A stretch of 64,000 nt of DNA from an uncultured Actinomycetes bacterium (GTDB lineage Bacteria > Actinomycetota > Actinomycetes > Acidothermales > Acidothermaceae): positions 37,325 to 101,324 of the forward strand of contig CAWCZJ010000009.1 of the NCBI GenBank assembly GCA_963799955.1, in the 5' to 3' direction. The translations under genes were made by a program, and so were the position numbers. Shown piece by piece: positions 60,473 to 64,000 of this stretch. Every line of letters starts with the position of its first letter. The stretch's first letter is position 1. A model generated the notes under the pieces. That model saw only the letters and a list, made by a program, of their open reading frames with translations. It did not search any database and was not told where the DNA came from.

Positions 60473-61931
60473 TCGACGTCGTCGATTCTCAGTGCTGGCG
60501 ATCTGCTGCCTGAGCCTGTTCATCGTCGGGATCGACGTGACGATCGTGAACGTCGCATTGCCATCGATCCAAAAGGACTTGGGCACTCCGTTCGACGGCC
60601 TGCAGTGGACCATAGACGCTTACACCCTGGCCATCGCAAGCCTGCTGATGCTCTCGGCATCTATCGGCGACCGGATCGGTCGCAAGCGAGTCTTCATGAC
60701 CGGACTCGTCATCTTCACCGCTGGCTCGTTGCTGTGCAGCGTTGCTCCTGACACGAAGACGCTCATCATCTTCCGCGTCGTGCAGGCCGTCGGCGGCTCG
60801 ATGCTGAACCCGGTGGCGATGTCCATCATCATCAACACGTTCACCGACCCGAAGGAACGCGCGAAGGCGATCGGAGTCTGGGGCGGCGTCGTCGGACTCA
60901 GCCTCGCACTCGGACCGGTCGTCGGAGGCGCCCTGGTCGACTCCATCGGCTGGCGATCGATCTTCTGGTTGAACGTTCCGGTCGGCGTCGCGGCGTTCGT
61001 CCTGACAGCGCCGTTCGTGCCTGAGTCGAAAGCAGCACGCGCGCGACGGCTCGATCCCGTTGGCCAGGTGCTCGTGATGATCAGCCTTGCTGGCCTGACA
61101 TTCGGAATCATCGAAGGCCCAAGACTCGGCTGGACGGCGGCAGGCATTCTCGCGTCGTTCGCAACGGTCGTCATCGCCGTCCCCTGCCTTGTGCTCTACG
61201 AGCGGCACCGCGACGAGCCCCTGCTCGATGTCCGGTTCTTCCACAGCGTGCCGTTCAGCGGGGCGATTGTGACGGCGGTCTGCGGCTTCGCGGCGTTGGG
61301 TGGGTTCCTGTTCCTCAACACGCTCTACCTGCAGTCAGTCCGCCACCTCTCCCCACTGCACGCCGGTTTGCTCACCCTCCCGATGGCCGCAATGACGGCG
61401 ATCTTCTCGCCCATCTCTGGCCGAGTCGTCGCCGCCCGCGGTCCTCGGCTACCGCTTCTCTTGGCAGGCATCGGCATTGCCGTCTGTGGCGTGATGCTGT
61501 CGCAGGTGACTGACCACACCGCGATCTGGTTCCTCATCGTCGCCTACATGGTGTTCGGCTTCGGTTTCGGCATCCTCAACGCGCCAATCACCAACTCGGC
61601 CGCGTCCGGCATGCCACGGTCGCAGGCCGGTGTCGCCGCGGCGATCGCGTCAACGAGCCGGCAGACCGGCGCGGCGCTCGGCGTCGCCGTCCTCGGTGCT
61701 GTTGTCACGTCGCGAATCAGGGGCTCATTCGCCGACGGCTTCTCGTCAGCGAGCCACCTAGGCTGGGACATCATGACCGGCTGCGGCGTTGCAGTCTTTG
61801 CCCTCGGCATTGTCACGACGAGCGCTTGGGCAAAGGGAACTGCAACAGAGGCAGCGAAACTGATCGAGGCCGATCAAAAACTCGACCGCGCAACCACCGA
61901 CTACGCGGGTGTTGGCTCGCGTAGTCGCTGA
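60465..61931 (+). CDS. MFS transporter, DHA2 (EmrB/QacA, 14-TM) drug-efflux type
   Basis: LAICCLSLFIVGIDVTIVNVALPSIQKDLG...GDRIGRKRVFMTGL...; 488 aa. Its start overlaps the marR stop. Confidence 0.85.
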   Translation: MLDRRRRFSVLAICCLSLFIVGIDVTIVNVALPSIQKDLGTPFDGLQWTIDAYTLAIASLLMLSASIGDRIGRKRVFMTGLVIFTAGSLLCSVAPDTKTLIIFRVVQAVGGSMLNPVAMSIIINTFTDPKERAKAIGVWGGVVGLSLALGPVVGGALVDSIGWRSIFWLNVPVGVAAFVLTAPFVPESKAARARRLDPVGQVLVMISLAGLTFGIIEGPRLGWTAAGILASFATVVIAVPCLVLYERHRDEPLLDVRFFHSVPFSGAIVTAVCGFAALGGFLFLNTLYLQSVRHLSPLHAGLLTLPMAAMTAIFSPISGRVVAARGPRLPLLLAGIGIAVCGVMLSQVTDHTAIWFLIVAYMVFGFGFGILNAPITNSAASGMPRSQAGVAAAIASTSRQTGAALGVAVLGAVVTSRIRGSFADGFSSASHLGWDIMTGCGVAVFALGIVTTSAWAKGTATEAAKLIEADQKLDRATTDYAGVGSRSR

Positions 61932-64000
61932 CTGATGACGGTCGTGACGCCGTCACCTCGCATGGAGACGCCGTACAACGCGTCGGCCACCTCCATCGTC
62001 GGCTTCTGGTGCGTGATGATGATCAGCTGGCTCGATTCGCGAAGTTCTTCGAAGATGCTCAGCATCCGACGCAGGTTCGTGTCATCGAGTGCGGCCTCGA
62101 CCTCGTCCATGACGTAGAACGGGCTCGGCCGCGCCTTGAAGATCGCGACCAGCAAAGCCAGGGCCGTCAGCGATCGCTCGCCACCCGAGAGCAGCGACAA
62201 GCGCTTGACCTTCTTGCCTGGCGGCCGCGCCTCGACGTCGATGCCGGTGTTGAGCATGTCGTCGGGGTCGGTCAGGATCAGCCGGCCTTCGCCGCCCGGG
62301 AACAGCCGGGAGAAGATGCCCTCGAACTCGCGCTCGGTGTCCGCGTACGCGGCCGCGAAAACCTGCTGCACCCGCTCGTCGACCTCGCGGATGATCTCCA
62401 TCAGATCCTTGCGGGTGCGCTTCAAGTCTTCGAGCTGCTCGCTAAGGAACCGGTGCCGTTCTTCGAGTGCGGAGAACTCCTCGAGTGCCAACGGGTTGAC
62501 CCGTCCCAACAACGCCAGCGCACGTTCGGCCGTGCGCGCCCGCTTCTCCTGCTCGGCGCGCACAAACGGCACCGGCGATGGCAGCGGCGCATCGGCAGGC
62601 GCATCTGGCTCGGGGAAGACCGGCACCAGCGAGTCAGGTCCATAATCCGAACTCAACGCCGCACTCTCCACGCCGAACTCGTCCATCGCGCGTTGCTCAA
62701 GTTGTTCTATGCGCAAGCGCTGCTCAGCGCGAGCAAGTTCATCGCGGTGCACAACATCGGTCAGCTGCTCGATCTCGGCCATGAGCTCGCGCTCGCGCGT
62801 GCGCAGCGCCGCCAGTTCACCGTCGCGCTCGGTGCGCATGGCCTCGGCGCCTGAGCGTTCAGTCGTTGCAGCAGCCAACGACAACTCGAGACGATCTAAC
62901 ACGGCAGCCGCGCCGATAGCCACGGCTTCGGCGATCACAGCTTCGCGCTCGCGCCGGATCCGCCGGGCAACGGCGCGTTCGCGCGCCTCACGCTCAGCGG
63001 CAGCAGCGGCGTCCAGCTCATCGGCGCGGGCGCCGATCGCGCGCACTCGTTCCTCAGCGGTACCGACAGTCAGCCGGGCTTCGGTCTCGGCGTCGCGGGC
63101 GGCCGCAGCGACGACGGCGAGCCGGTCGCGATCGGAGGTTGACGGCTCGTCATCAGGCGACGCTTCTGCTGCGATAAGCCGGCCCTCAAGCTCGGTCAAC
63201 AGGGCACGATCGCGATCCCCTGCCTCACGTGCCTGCGCGATCGACCCGGCCATGCGATCGGCTTCGGCAAGAGCTGCCCGAGCAGCCGATCCCAAGTGCC
63301 CGAGCTGTTCGGCGACGGCCGCCATCGCGGCATCCGACTCATGCAGTTGTGCAAGCGCCGCCGCGGCCCGCGCTGATGCGTCGGCGAGTTCGGCCTCGAC
63401 GCCGGTGATGGTGAAGCGCAGCCGCTCAGCGCGATGCGTGGCGTCGACCAGCCCGCGACGCGCTTCGTCGAGTGCCGCTTGAACTTCAAGCAGGCTCGGC
63501 GTGCTCGCCGAACCGCCGTAGGCCCAATCACGACCGAGCACATCGCCGTCGCGAGTAACAACGCGGACGTCGGGAAGCGTGCGCACGAACGTCAGCGCGG
63601 AACCGAGATCGTCAAGAACTGCAACGCGATAGGTGAGAGCTGCGAGTGCTAGTCGCAGCTCTTCCGGTGCATGCACAAGGTCGCGGACCCATCGCGCACC
63701 GGGCGGCAGCTGGGGCAACTCTGCGCCGATCGCCTCGGGTCGCGGACCCGAACCAATGACCATGCCTGCACGGCCAGCATCGTCAGACTTCAACAGTCCG
63801 AGCGCAGCGACCGCGTCATCAAGTGAGGACACCGCAACGGCGTCGGCCGCCGTGCCCAGCGCGGCGGCAACAGCGTGCTCGTAACCGCGCTCGACGTCGA
63901 CGACTGCGGCCACCGACCCGAGCAGCCCGGAGATTCGCTCCGACGCGGCGAGCAATGCACCGGTGCCGTCCTTGCGAGCCAGGCCGAGTTCCAACGCTTC
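61901..64000 (-). CDS. smc: Chromosome segregation protein SMC, C-terminal ~700 aa (5' end outside window)
   Basis: The frame is open to the window edge. A hinge region and long Ala/Glu/Arg coiled coil are followed by LSLLSGGERSLTALALLVAIFKARPSPFYVMDEVEAALDD (signature plus Walker B). Confidence 0.9.
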   Translation of the reverse strand, partial: EALELGLARKDGTGALLAASERISGLLGSVAAVVDVERGYEHAVAAALGTAADAVAVSSLDDAVAALGLLKSDDAGRAGMVIGSGPRPEAIGAELPQLPPGARWVRDLVHAPEELRLALAALTYRVAVLDDLGSALTFVRTLPDVRVVTRDGDVLGRDWAYGGSASTPSLLEVQAALDEARRGLVDATHRAERLRFTITGVEAELADASARAAAALAQLHESDAAMAAVAEQLGHLGSAARAALAEADRMAGSIAQAREAGDRDRALLTELEGRLIAAEASPDDEPSTSDRDRLAVVAAAARDAETEARLTVGTAEERVRAIGARADELDAAAAAEREARERAVARRIRREREAVIAEAVAIGAAAVLDRLELSLAAATTERSGAEAMRTERDGELAALRTRERELMAEIEQLTDVVHRDELARAEQRLRIEQLEQRAMDEFGVESAALSSDYGPDSLVPVFPEPDAPADAPLPSPVPFVRAEQEKRARTAERALALLGRVNPLALEEFSALEERHRFLSEQLEDLKRTRKDLMEIIREVDERVQQVFAAAYADTEREFEGIFSRLFPGGEGRLILTDPDDMLNTGIDVEARPPGKKVKRLSLLSGGERSLTALALLVAIFKARPSPFYVMDEVEAALDDTNLRRMLSIFEELRESSQLIIITHQKPTMEVADALYGVSMRGDGVTTVISQRLREPTPA

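Overview
High-GC (roughly 68-70% by eye) Actinomycetota chromosome segment. Most of the minus strand carries the conserved housekeeping synteny smc / ftsY / amtB-glnB-glnD / ffh ... rpsP-KH-rimM-trmD-rplS-lepB-rnhB-DUF2469-yraN-comM-dprA-xerC-whiG ... rpsB-tsf-pyrH-frr-cdsA-rlmN. Lineage-specific blocks sit inside this backbone. (1) The left 17 kb is a polyamine/guanidino-compound catabolic region: gabT, a ureohydrolase / saccharopine-DH-like / omega-aminotransferase / mmsA operon, and a divergent permease / ALDH / lrp / aminotransferase / PNPOx / FAD-oxidase set. (2) 18.4-23 kb holds an SPFH plus Tim44-like zinc-ribbon pair, a ZTP riboswitch in front of glyA, and a lipoprotein. (3) 39.2-47.3 kb holds an ECF sigma pair and a compact cyclic-nucleotide module: zinc-ribbon/cyclase/STAND/TPR protein, an MFS permease fused to a cNMP-binding domain, and an MBL-fold hydrolase. 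(4) 55.5-61.9 kb holds a lipoprotein plus PKD-like secreted protein, a MerB-like protein plus LysE exporter, a TPR protein, RidA, and MarR plus an MFS exporter. I saw no rRNA, tRNA, CRISPR array, transposase or prophage genes. About 40 reading-frame breaks are visible by manual frame-following. They are strongly clustered: about 18 in 9.4-16.7 kb and about 6 in 21.6-23 kb, against none in 2.0-9.2 kb or 39.7-46.4 kb. Single breaks also hit indispensable genes (ffh, ftsY, rlmN, glnD, xerC, glyA), so assembly indel error must be excluded before calling pseudogenes. All domain calls come from motif recognition in the translations, not from database searches. Start codons are best guesses.
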